Notes under the pieces: generated by a model
What the model was told of the DNA's origin: nothing
The model's input: only the letters and a program-made list of their open reading frames with translations
Database searches by the model: none
Part shown: positions 19,501 through 30,015 of the stretch, piece by piece
Layout of the letters: each line of letters begins with the position of its first letter
Position numbering within the stretch: the first letter of the stretch is position 1
NCBI GenBank assembly: GCA_003133745.1
Contig: PKZD01000074.1
Span: 3,633-67,632 of the forward strand
DNA: 64,000 nt
DNA from: Vulcanimicrobiota bacterium
GTDB taxonomy: Bacteria; Vulcanimicrobiota; Vulcanimicrobiia; Vulcanimicrobiales; Vulcanimicrobiaceae
Direction: 5' to 3'
Program-made: the position numbers and the translations under genes

Positions 19501-19627
19501 GTCCGCCGGCAATCGCCGGACCCACGGAACGCCACTTCAGATGCGCGTACGGCGCATCGGCAGCGGCACCAAGCGGGAGCAGCAACGCGGCCGCAACGGC
19601 GACCGCGCCCCAGCGGGCGAGGATCAC
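16520..19627 (-). CDS. Sortilin/VPS10-type BNR (Asp-box) beta-propeller protein, secreted (paralogue 2)
   Basis: Signal peptide. Many SxDxGxTW Asp-boxes (TENGGATW, TTDGGKTW, SADGGRTW, SDDAGANW and others). GTG start preceded by AAGGAGG. GTGA overlap with paralogue 1. Confidence 0.85.
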   Translation of the reverse strand: MILARWGAVAVAAALLLPLGAAADAPYAHLKWRSVGPAIAGGRVAAVAGTAQDANLYYIGAAGGGVWKTENGGATWTAVFEKEPVAAIGAVTIDPTNENVVWVGTGEANPRNDVTFGDGVYKTTDGGKTWTNVGLPDSWSISRIIVDPHDPQHVIVGAFGDPFRDSEARGVYVTDDGGKTWSKTLYVGPQTGVAELAMDPNDPAVIYASMWQFRRLPWTFHSGGPDDGIWRSADGGRTWTRLAGHGLPTGDMGRSAVAIAPSDSKRVYAIIEAQGGILWRSDDAGANWTMVSDDTLVDQRPFYFTHLAVDPKDENHVYSVSEMLGQSTDGGKTFEEIAQDVHVDYHAIWIAPNDSNRIIVGEDGGYAITLDAGKNWAFARNLPIGQVYHVGLSVHQNPYWVCAPLQDNNGFCAPENSQSSDGIANALWQDVIGGDGEWAVPDPSDPTHVLTDLETGRTADYDTQTHNSRFVTPYFDFSRNGFDLAQARYRFNWDAPIAFAPWNGHIAWLGSNVVFQTTDRGVHWRAISPDLTLNDKSHQIPAGGPITLDVSSAEFSDTLLDIEGSPVRAGEIWTGADDGVIAVTTDGGKSWSKHVIPGVPPYGRVETVAPSPFDAATAYANVDRHRSGDYHPYLFVTHDYGRTWHAIVNGFPDGVWVRTVRPDDRNPDLLFAGTETGLWISYDAGASWSDFRLNVPAVSVRDIREQPEFNDLAIATHGRDLWILDDLGSLQALPQAQRAGAMLFAPRTAYEYVFHAGGDEGSYTDFRGENPPNGAIIDFYQATPQAFAPSMEILDGAGRVIRHIPAQRKPSEPGVTNVAGINRVVWNFRENGQPLCEACAKAFRGSLVGPQVVPGTYTARITLGGHTYSEPFTVKADPHGIYTLAQLHQAYDFAKKYDVVSGKINTVLNRLEEQRKSLEAAHTSLAAGSNTALLGQVAAALQERAAVFATFTANYQNDEDSIQRPGALREDIPRTGFGAASPPTPAVLEYARRFDSEYTAAMARYNAYVQTLGALSTALRGAGLRPIDGAKTVTP

Positions 19628-22600
19628 GGACGAACCTCCTTGACGTTGCCCGGAAACTGCGTCAGCCCGGCGGTCTTGAGCGCGGCATTGAGCGCGAGGA
19701 GCGAGCGCACATAGGCGTTGTAACGAGACACGCCGTCTGCGTATTCGCCCTCGACGCGATGCACGAACGTCGTGACGGGCGGCGTGCCGAGACCGAGGCC
19801 GGTGAAGAACGCGGTCTCGATGTCTTCGCGCAGTGCGCCCGGTTCCTCGATGCTATCTTCCTCGTTTTGATAGTTCGCGGTCAGCATGTTGAAAATACCG
19901 TCGTGCCCGGTCTGCGCGGCGGCGATCTGCGCCGCGAGCGCCGTGTTGTTCGCCTTGTTCGCCGCGGTTTCGTCGGCCGCAAGCGTCTTCTTGACGTCGT
20001 CGAGGTTGTTGAGCATGACGTCAACCGTCGAGAAGAGCGCCTGGAGGTGCTGCCCGAGGGCGAACGTCTGCTCGTACTCCGCTTGCGTGAAGTGCGAGCG
20101 CGGGTCGGGCCTGACGGCGAAGGATTCCGTGTACGTGTGACCGCTCAGCGTCATGCGCACTGCGTACTCGCCCGGCGGCACGCCGATGATCGAGTCGGGA
20201 CCCTGGAAGATCTTCGGTGCGCCGTTATATTTCACGGGGCCGTCGATCGTGAAGTCCCAGACGTAGCGATTCAATCCAACCTGATTCAGGATATACGGCA
20301 CCTGTTTGCCGCCGATCTCGTGCGTCCCCGACACCGTGCGGATGACGTGCCCTCGAGCGTCGAGAATCTCGAGTTTCGGCGCGTCCTTCTGCACCTGCGC
20401 TTGGTAGAACGTGATCATGACGCCATACGGGGGATTGTCGGCCGCGTAGCGCGTGTACGTTCCCTCGTCGTTTTCGTGCAACGTGTACTCGTACGCGGTG
20501 CGCGGCTGGAAGAGCAGCGACCCCCGCGCGATCGCCGACTGCAACTCCTGAATCGGACGCATGTCGTCCATAACGTAGACGGAGCGGCCGTGCGTTGCGA
20601 GGAGCAGGTCGTTGAACTGCGGCTGCATGCGAATGTCATGCACGGAGACGTGCGGCATGTCGTTCAAGAACGAATGCCAGGTCGTGCCGCCGTCAAACGA
20701 GATGTAGAGCGCGAGTTCGGTGCCGAGGTAGACGATGTTCCGGTTGCGGATGTCGGGACGAATCGCGCGCGCCCATTCGCCGCTCGGGATGCCGTTCACG
20801 ATCGAGGTCCAATGGCGACCGAAGTCGTGCGTGACCCACGCGTGCGGAGCGCTATCGCCCATGTAGTGATCGTCTTCGATCGCGTAGACCGTCCCGTCTT
20901 CCAGCGTCGAGAGCGCGACCGTTGCGAAACGACCGTAGGTCGGCGCGCCGGGCGGCGTGACGTTTTGCCAGCTCCGGCCGCCGTTCATCGTCATCTGCAC
21001 GTAGCCGTCGTCGGTCCCGACCCAGATCTCGCCGCGGTGTAAGGTCGAGCCTTCGATGTCCAAGATCGTGTCGCTGTACTCGGCGCCCGAAACGTCGTGC
21101 GTGATCGGTCCGCCGGAAGGCTGCTGGTGCACCCGGTCGTTGCGCGTGAGGTCAGGGCTGATGATCGTCCAACTGCGGCCTCGATCGGTCGTTTGGAAGA
21201 TGACGTTGCCGCCGTACCAGCCGACGTGCCCGTTCCACGGTGCGAATGCAATCGGCGATTCCCAGTTGAATCGGTACCGGCTGAGCGACAAGTTGTAGCT
21301 TTCGGGGCCGTTTTGAATATACGGCTGCGCAAACCACTCGTCTTGGGTGACGCGATTGTATATCTGCAACGCGCCGTTCTCACTATCGGACCAGATCCAG
21401 TTGGGATCGGTCGGGTCGATGACGGCCCATTCGCCGTCGCCGCCCGCCGTGACGATCCAATGCTTGTTCAGGATCCCCGACGGATCGAGCGAGTTCGACG
21501 TGCCGCACCAGGCGTTGTTGTCTTGCAAGCCGACGCAGACGGTGTACGGGTTCTCGTTGCTCACGCCGACGCGATAGATCTGCGCGATCGGCATGTTCAA
21601 CGATGACGACCACGTCTCGCCGCCGTCGAGCGTGAGCGCGTAACTGCCGTCTTCGCCGGTGATGATGCGGTGTGGGTTGCTCGGCGAGATCCATATCGCG
21701 TGGTAGTCGACGTGCACGGCCTCTGCGATCGGCGTGAACTTCTTGCCGCCGTTCGTCGAAACCGAGAGCATCTCCGAGACGCCGTAGACTTTGTCCGGAT
21801 TCTTCGAGTCTACTGCGATATGCGTGAAGTAGAAGGGACGTTGATCGACGAGCGTGTCGTTCGAGACCATCGTCCAGTTCGCGCCCGCGTCGTCGGAGCG
21901 CCAAAGAAGACCCTGTTTCGATTCGATGAGCGCGTAGACGCGATTTCCGTCACTCGGCGCAACGGCGAGACCGATGCGCCCGGTGATGTCGGTGGGAAGA
22001 CCGTGGCCGGTCAGCCTCGTCCACGTGCGGCCGCCGTCGGTCGACTTGTAGAGCCCGTCGGCCATGCCGCCGCTCGTGAAGGTCCACGGTCGCCGCTGGA
22101 ACTGCCAGATGCCGGCATAGATGACGTCCGGGTGCTGCATATCCATCGCGAGGTCCGACGCGCCGCTCTCCGGGCCCACAAAAAGCGTCTGCGACCACGT
22201 CTTGCCGCCGTCCCACGTGACGTAGACGCCGCGATCGTTCGAGTCCGAGAAGACGTCGCCGAGGGCGCCGACGATGACGTGGTTGGAATCGCGCGGGTCG
22301 ACGAGAATCCGCGAGATGTATTTCGTGTTTTGGAGACCGACGTTTTGCCAGGTCTCGCCACCGTCGGTCGTCTTGTACACGCCGTTGCCGTAGCTGACGT
22401 CGTTGCGCGGATTCGCCTCACCGGTACCGACCCACACGGTGTGTTCGTCGTTCGGATCGATCACGACCGCGCCGATTGCCGCAACCCCCTGCTTGTCGAA
22501 GACGGAGTTCCACGTGTAGCCGCCGTCGCTGCTCGACCAAACGCCGCCGCCGGCCGTTCCAACGTAGTAGAGGTTCGGATTCTCGTCGGTGCCGGCGACC

Positions 22601-22779
22601 GCCGCGATTCGTCCGCCGCCTGCGGCGGGACCGATCTCGCGCCACGACATATTCGCCCAGGCCGGCCCCGGAGTCGGCGTCGGCGCCGCGCTCGGCGCCG
22701 GACTGGGAGCCGCGAGCGCGAGCCCCGAGGACAAGAAGAAACCGGCCGCGCAGAGCACGACGGCAAAGTGTCGATTCAC
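19624..22779 (-). CDS. Sortilin/VPS10-type BNR (Asp-box) beta-propeller protein, secreted (paralogue 1)
   Basis: Collinear with 16520-19627 along its whole length. I prefer the GTG at 22779 (AGGAGG 6 nt upstream) over the track TTG at 22797. Signal peptide followed by an APSPAPSAAPTPTPG linker. Confidence 0.85.
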   Translation of the reverse strand: MNRHFAVVLCAAGFFLSSGLALAAPSPAPSAAPTPTPGPAWANMSWREIGPAAGGGRIAAVAGTDENPNLYYVGTAGGGVWSSSDGGYTWNSVFDKQGVAAIGAVVIDPNDEHTVWVGTGEANPRNDVSYGNGVYKTTDGGETWQNVGLQNTKYISRILVDPRDSNHVIVGALGDVFSDSNDRGVYVTWDGGKTWSQTLFVGPESGASDLAMDMQHPDVIYAGIWQFQRRPWTFTSGGMADGLYKSTDGGRTWTRLTGHGLPTDITGRIGLAVAPSDGNRVYALIESKQGLLWRSDDAGANWTMVSNDTLVDQRPFYFTHIAVDSKNPDKVYGVSEMLSVSTNGGKKFTPIAEAVHVDYHAIWISPSNPHRIITGEDGSYALTLDGGETWSSSLNMPIAQIYRVGVSNENPYTVCVGLQDNNAWCGTSNSLDPSGILNKHWIVTAGGDGEWAVIDPTDPNWIWSDSENGALQIYNRVTQDEWFAQPYIQNGPESYNLSLSRYRFNWESPIAFAPWNGHVGWYGGNVIFQTTDRGRSWTIISPDLTRNDRVHQQPSGGPITHDVSGAEYSDTILDIEGSTLHRGEIWVGTDDGYVQMTMNGGRSWQNVTPPGAPTYGRFATVALSTLEDGTVYAIEDDHYMGDSAPHAWVTHDFGRHWTSIVNGIPSGEWARAIRPDIRNRNIVYLGTELALYISFDGGTTWHSFLNDMPHVSVHDIRMQPQFNDLLLATHGRSVYVMDDMRPIQELQSAIARGSLLFQPRTAYEYTLHENDEGTYTRYAADNPPYGVMITFYQAQVQKDAPKLEILDARGHVIRTVSGTHEIGGKQVPYILNQVGLNRYVWDFTIDGPVKYNGAPKIFQGPDSIIGVPPGEYAVRMTLSGHTYTESFAVRPDPRSHFTQAEYEQTFALGQHLQALFSTVDVMLNNLDDVKKTLAADETAANKANNTALAAQIAAAQTGHDGIFNMLTANYQNEEDSIEEPGALREDIETAFFTGLGLGTPPVTTFVHRVEGEYADGVSRYNAYVRSLLALNAALKTAGLTQFPGNVKEVRP

Positions 22780-22859
22780 GCCGAACCTCCTAAACAAGTG
22801 CTCGAAAACGGTGCCCTGTACGCGTGCCGACCTCCTGCGAGCACGTCATCAAAGCCCGA

Positions 22860-23000
22860 TCAAACCGTGTGCGCCGAATGCACGCCTCGTTCGTAGCGCG
22901 GGACGTTGACGTGCACGGCATACCACTGCGCCCACGCGATCATCCCGCACATCACGAGGAAAAGGATGCCGAGGAGGATCGCCCAGCCTCGGCGGGTCAC
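22860..23000 (-). CDS. Possible 46-aa single-TM protein (not in the ORF track)
   Basis: Hand translation gives (V/M)TRRGWAILLGILFLVMCGMIAWAQWYAVHVNVPRYERGVHSAHTV*. It has a hydrophobic core and a strong G/C third-position bias. No clear SD was seen. Confidence 0.3.
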   Translation of the reverse strand: MTRRGWAILLGILFLVMCGMIAWAQWYAVHVNVPRYERGVHSAHTV

Positions 23001-23039
23001 GGGCGGCGCGGGAGGGAGGACGGGGAGGAGGGGACCCGA

Positions 23040-23710
23040 ATGACTCGTCCGATGCGTAAGAGCATGACAACGTTCCTCATTGGAGCGGCGTTCGTGTTTT
23101 GCTTGGGGATTGCGGCGGCGCCTGCTGCCGCTGCGGCCCGGAGCCTACCCCCAACGCCGAAAGTCGTCTCGATCTATGCCTCCGTGTTGCGACGGATCAA
23201 TCCGCGCATGCCCGGATGGATGAGCCAAGAGCTCGCCCGCCGGCTCCTCGTGAACGCCGCGCACTGGCACATCGATGCCAACATGTTGGCAGCGGTCGTG
23301 ACCGTCGAGTCACGCTGGCGCACCCACGCGGTCTCAGACGCCGGCGCGATCGGCCTCGGTCAGCTCATGCCCGATACTGCGGCGACCCTCGACGTCAACC
23401 CGCGCGATCCGGGACAGAACCTTGCCGGCGCGGCCCGATACCTGAGCGGCTTGGCCCAGCGTTTCGCGCACAAGGCCAATCGCTACGCTTTGACCTTCGC
23501 GGCATACAACGCCGGCCCGTACGCCGTGGAAGAGTTCGGCGGGATTCCGCCCTTCTACGAAACTCAGAACTACGTCGCGCGCGTGCTCGACACGTGGCAT
23601 CACCTCCAGCGCGAACTTCGCATTCCGCGCAGCGCCCTGCTGGCGACGCTCTCCTCACCGGTGTGGACCGCGGCACACGGTGCCGACGTCGACTACTGGC
23701 TGAAGGCCCG

Positions 23711-23714
<4 letters not shown>
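23040..23714 (+). CDS. Lytic transglycosylase (SLT domain), secreted
   Basis: VESRWRTHAVSDAGAIGLGQLMP..AYNAGPYAV. Signal peptide after MTRPMRKSM. GGAGGAGG lies upstream of the ATG at 23040. Confidence 0.85.
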
Positions 23715-25961
<2,247 letters not shown>

Positions 25962-26035
25962 TTACCGCATCGCACGGGCACGCTCCCGCCGGTGAAAGCA
26001 AGGGACTCCACGATCCTGGGGAATGGTAGGCCGAC

Positions 26036-28717
26036 ATGATCACGGAGCCGCACGATTCCGACCCGCAGGAGACCCAAGAGTGGGTCGATGCGATGCGCGG
26101 CGTCCTCGCAACCGAAGGGCCGGAACGCGCCCGCGAACTGATCCGGCGCGTCGTCGACGAGGCTTGGAAGGGCGGCGCGCGCGTCTCGCTCGGCTTCGAA
26201 ACGCCGTACGTCAACACGATTTTGCCCGAGCAGCAGCCGCCGATGCCCGGAGACCGCGCCCTCGAAGCGCGTCTGCGCCACTACGTGCGCTGGAACGCCC
26301 TCGCGATGGTGGTACGCGCAAACAAGACGAGCTCCGAACTCGGCGGACACGTCGCAACCTTTGCTTCGGCCGCGACGCTCTTCGACGTCGGCCAAAACCA
26401 TTTTTTCCGAGCGCCGAGCGAGTCGTTTGGCGGCGACATGCTCTTCTATCAGGGCCACTCCTCGCCGGGCGTCTATGCGCGCTCGTTCTTGGAAGGCCGC
26501 ATCACGCAGGAGCAACTCGACCATTTTCGCCGCGAGGTCGACGGCAAGGGCCTCTCCTCGTATCCGCATCCATGGCTCATGCCGGAGTTCTGGCAGTATC
26601 CGACGGTCTCCATGGGTCTGGGCCCGATCATGTCGATCTATCAGGCGCGCTTCATGCGCTATCTCAACGACCGCGGCTTGATTGCGGCCGGCGATCGCAA
26701 GGTGTGGGCGTTCCTCGGCGACGGAGAGATGGACGAACCGGAGTCCCTCGGCTCGCTCGCGCTCGCGGGACGCGAGCATCTCGACAACCTCATCTGGATC
26801 GTCAACTGCAACTTGCAGCGCCTCGACGGGCCGGTGCGCGGGAACGGCAAGATCATCCAGGAGTTGGAGCGCGTCTTCCGCGGCAACGGCTGGAAGGTCA
26901 TCAAAGTCATCTGGGGCAGCAACTGGGATCCGCTGCTCGCGGCCGATTCCACCGGCCGACTCGTGCAACTGATGGACGAGTGCGTCGACGGCGATTATCA
27001 GACGTTCAAGTCGCGCGACGGCGGCTTCGTCCGCGAAAAATTCTTTGGCCGCTATCCCGAAACCGCCGCGCTCGTCGCCGATTGGAGCGACGAGCAGATC
27101 TGGGACTTGCAGCGCGGAGGTCACGATCCGCTCAAAGTCTACGCGGCGTACAAGGCCGCGGTGGATCACCGCGGCGAACCGACCGTCATCCTCGCGAAGA
27201 CGATCAAAGGCTACGGCATGGGCGGAGCCGGCGAAGCGCAAAACATCGCACACCAAGCCAAGAAGATGGGCGTCGAGGACCTGCGGACCTTTCGCGACCG
27301 CTTCCAGATTCCGGTCACGGACGAGCAGATCGAGGGCGTCCCTTTCTACCGGCCGCCGGACGACAGCGCGGAGATGCACTACCTGCGCGCGCGCACGTCG
27401 GCGCTCGGTTCCCTTCCGCAACGACGACGCACCTCCGCGTCGATGGCCGTCCCCGAGCTTGCGGCGTTCGAGACGCAGTTGAAGAGCGGCTCCGAGCGCG
27501 AGCATTCGACGACGATGGCCTTCGTGCGCATTCTCAGCACGATCTTGCGCGATCCGACGCTCGGCCCGCGCGTCGTGCCGATCGTCGCCGACGAGTCGCG
27601 CACCTTCGGCATGGAGGGCCTCTTCCGCCAACTCGGGATATACTCGTCGGTCGGTCAACTCTACGTGCCGCAAGATGCGGAACAGTTGATGTGGTATCGC
27701 GAGGACAAACTCGGACAGATTCTGCAAGAAGGCATCAACGAGGCGGGTGCCATCTCGTCGTGGATCGCCGCGGGGACGTCGTATGCGAATCACGACCTCC
27801 CGATGCTTCCGTTCTACATCTTCTATTCGATGTTCGGCTTTCAGCGCGTCGGCGACCTCGCGTGGGCCGCGGGCGACAGCCGGACGCGCGGCTTCTTGCT
27901 CGGCGGAACCTCCGGCCGCACGACGCTCAACGGCGAGGGCCTACAGCACGAAGACGGTCACAGCCAAGTCATCGCGTCGGTGGTTCCCAACTGCCGAAGT
28001 TACGATCCGACGTACGGGTACGAGCTCGCGGTCATCATTCAAGACGGCCTGCGCCGCATGCTCGCGGATCAGGAGGACGTTTACTTTTACATCACGCTCC
28101 TGAATGAAAACTACGCGCATCCGCAGATGCCCGACGGCGCCGCCGACGGAATCCTGCGCGGAATGTACCTGCTGCGCGACGGCGGAGGCGACCCGAAGGC
28201 GCCGCGCGTGCAGCTCTTCGGCTCGGGCGCGATTCTGCGCGAAGTGCTCGCGGGCGCCGACCTGCTCGAAAAGGATTGGGGCGTGCGCAGCGACGTGTGG
28301 AGCGTCACGAGCTTCAACATGCTGCAGCGTGACGGCGTCGACGCGCAGCGATGGAACCTCCTGAACCCGAAAAAGACGCCGCGGCGTTCATACGTCGAGC
28401 AATCGCTCGAGGGACGCACCGGACCGGGCGTTGCCGCGACCGATTATGTGCGCACGTTCGCCGAGCAGATTCGGCCGTTCGTCACTTCGACAGGCTCAGT
28501 GCAGGCTAGGCGCTACACGACGCTCGGCACCGACGGATTCGGGCGCAGCGATCTGCGCCGGCAGCTTCGCGCGTTTTTCGAGGTCGACCGGCGTTACGTC
28601 GCGCTCGCCGCGCTGAAATCGCTCGCCGACGAGGGCGCAATCCCCGCGGAGCTCGTCGTGGCGGCGATCGCGAAGTACGAGATCGATCCCTCGAAGCCCA
28701 ACCCGATTACCGTATGA
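26036..28717 (+). CDS. aceE: Pyruvate dehydrogenase E1 component (homodimeric AceE type)
   Basis: 893 aa. MITEPHDSDPQETQEWVDAM.., the TPP-binding region GDGEMDEPES and typical AceE length and order. Confidence 0.95.
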   Translation: MITEPHDSDPQETQEWVDAMRGVLATEGPERARELIRRVVDEAWKGGARVSLGFETPYVNTILPEQQPPMPGDRALEARLRHYVRWNALAMVVRANKTSSELGGHVATFASAATLFDVGQNHFFRAPSESFGGDMLFYQGHSSPGVYARSFLEGRITQEQLDHFRREVDGKGLSSYPHPWLMPEFWQYPTVSMGLGPIMSIYQARFMRYLNDRGLIAAGDRKVWAFLGDGEMDEPESLGSLALAGREHLDNLIWIVNCNLQRLDGPVRGNGKIIQELERVFRGNGWKVIKVIWGSNWDPLLAADSTGRLVQLMDECVDGDYQTFKSRDGGFVREKFFGRYPETAALVADWSDEQIWDLQRGGHDPLKVYAAYKAAVDHRGEPTVILAKTIKGYGMGGAGEAQNIAHQAKKMGVEDLRTFRDRFQIPVTDEQIEGVPFYRPPDDSAEMHYLRARTSALGSLPQRRRTSASMAVPELAAFETQLKSGSEREHSTTMAFVRILSTILRDPTLGPRVVPIVADESRTFGMEGLFRQLGIYSSVGQLYVPQDAEQLMWYREDKLGQILQEGINEAGAISSWIAAGTSYANHDLPMLPFYIFYSMFGFQRVGDLAWAAGDSRTRGFLLGGTSGRTTLNGEGLQHEDGHSQVIASVVPNCRSYDPTYGYELAVIIQDGLRRMLADQEDVYFYITLLNENYAHPQMPDGAADGILRGMYLLRDGGGDPKAPRVQLFGSGAILREVLAGADLLEKDWGVRSDVWSVTSFNMLQRDGVDAQRWNLLNPKKTPRRSYVEQSLEGRTGPGVAATDYVRTFAEQIRPFVTSTGSVQARRYTTLGTDGFGRSDLRRQLRAFFEVDRRYVALAALKSLADEGAIPAELVVAAIAKYEIDPSKPNPITV

Positions 28718-30015
28718 GCGAGAACATCGAACTGCGCGTTCCCGACATCGGCGACTTCAATGACGTGCCGATCATCGAAGTGCTGGTGAAGCCGGGACAA
28801 CGCGTCAAGAAGAACGACTCGTTGATCACGCTCGAGAGCGAGAAGGCATCGATGGAGGTCCCGGCCTCCGCCGACGGCACGATCGTCGATGTGAAGGTCA
28901 AGGTGGGCGACAAGGTCGCAAGAGGAAGCGTCATCGCGACGCTCACGCCCGCCGAAGCCGCGGCTCCAGCATCGCCGGCAACGCCGCAACCCGCGCAACC
29001 GGCGGCGGCACCGCAACCGGCGGCAGCGCCCGCTGCGCCTGCAGCGCCTGCAGCGCCGGAACCGGAACCCGACGGGAGCACGATTCACGCGAGCCCCGCG
29101 GTACGCCGCTTCGCGCGCGAGCTCGGCGTCGATCTGCGAGGCGTAAAGGGCTCCGGTCCGCACGGCCGCGTCACGCAAGAGGACGTGCAGAACTTCGTCA
29201 AGGCCGCGCTGCAAGGGGGCGCCCTTCGACAAGCTCAGGGTGACACGGGACAAGCTCAGGGTGAGACGGGCGGCATCGGTGCCGGCCTTCCGCCGTGGCC
29301 GAAGGTCGACTTCGCGCAGTACGGCCCGATCGAACGCAAGAAGCTGCCGCGTCTCAAGCGCATCGCGGGGCCGAACCTGCATCGCAACTGGCTGCAGATT
29401 CCGCACATCACGAACTACGACGAGGCCGATGTCACCCGCCTCGAAAAGTTTCGTCTAAAGATCAACGCCGAACAAGAGAAAAAGCGCGGCGCGAAGCTGA
29501 CGATGCTTTCTTTTCTCGTCAAGGCGTGCGTCGCCGCACTCGAAGAGTTTCCGGAGTTCAACAGCTCGCTCGACGGCGAAGAGCTCGTCTACAAGCGCTA
29601 TTACCACATCGGTTTTGCCGCCGACACCCCGAACGGTTTGGTCGTGCCCGTCATCAAAGACGCGGACAAGAAGGGCCTGATCGAGATCGCACGCGATGCG
29701 GCGGATCTTGCGGGCAAGGCGCGCGACGGAAAGCTGAGCCTGAGCGACATGAGCGGTGGAACCTTTACGATCTCCTCGATCGGCAGCATCGGCGGCACGG
29801 CGTTCACGCAGATCGTCAACGCACCCGAGGTCGCGATCCTCGGCGCCACGCGCGCGGCGATGAAACCCGTTTGGCAAGGGAAGCGCTTCGTGCCGCGCCT
29901 GATTCTTCCGATCAGCGTCAGCTACGATCACCGCGTCATCGACGGCGCAGGCGCGGCCCGCTTCTTGGGCTACATCGCGAAAGCGCTCTCCGACTTTCGC
30001 CGGGTGATGCTCTAG
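28714..30015 (+). CDS. aceF: Dihydrolipoamide acetyltransferase E2 (one lipoyl domain, PSBD, catalytic domain)
   Basis: Lipoyl motif [12 protein letters not shown], Ala/Pro linker, [20 protein letters not shown] and catalytic [12 protein letters not shown] overlap with aceE. Confidence 0.95.
   Translation: MSENIELRVPDIGDFNDVPIIEVLVKPGQRVKKNDSLITLESEKASMEVPASADGTIVDVKVKVGDKVARGSVIATLTPAEAAAPASPATPQPAQPAAAPQPAAAPAAPAAPAAPEPEPDGSTIHASPAVRRFARELGVDLRGVKGSGPHGRVTQEDVQNFVKAALQGGALRQAQGDTGQAQGETGGIGAGLPPWPKVDFAQYGPIERKKLPRLKRIAGPNLHRNWLQIPHITNYDEADVTRLEKFRLKINAEQEKKRGAKLTMLSFLVKACVAALEEFPEFNSSLDGEELVYKRYYHIGFAADTPNGLVVPVIKDADKKGLIEIARDAADLAGKARDGKLSLSDMSGGTFTISSIGSIGGTAFTQIVNAPEVAILGATRAAMKPVWQGKRFVPRLILPISVSYDHRVIDGAGAARFLGYIAKALSDFRRVML
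29228..29269 (+). repeat. 21-bp tandem duplication (x2, one mismatch) inside the aceF inter-domain linker
   Basis: GACAAGCTCAGGGTGACACGG followed by GACAAGCTCAGGGTGAGACGG. In frame this encodes [14 protein letters not shown]. Confidence 0.9.

Noticed and set aside
16361-22896. Long plus-strand ORFs (16361-17797, 17846-19714, 19759-21042, 21670-22896) opposite the BNR genes.
   Set aside because: These are antisense shadows with Arg/Val/Asp-rich composition. The minus-strand frames carry repeated Asp-box motifs and signal peptides.
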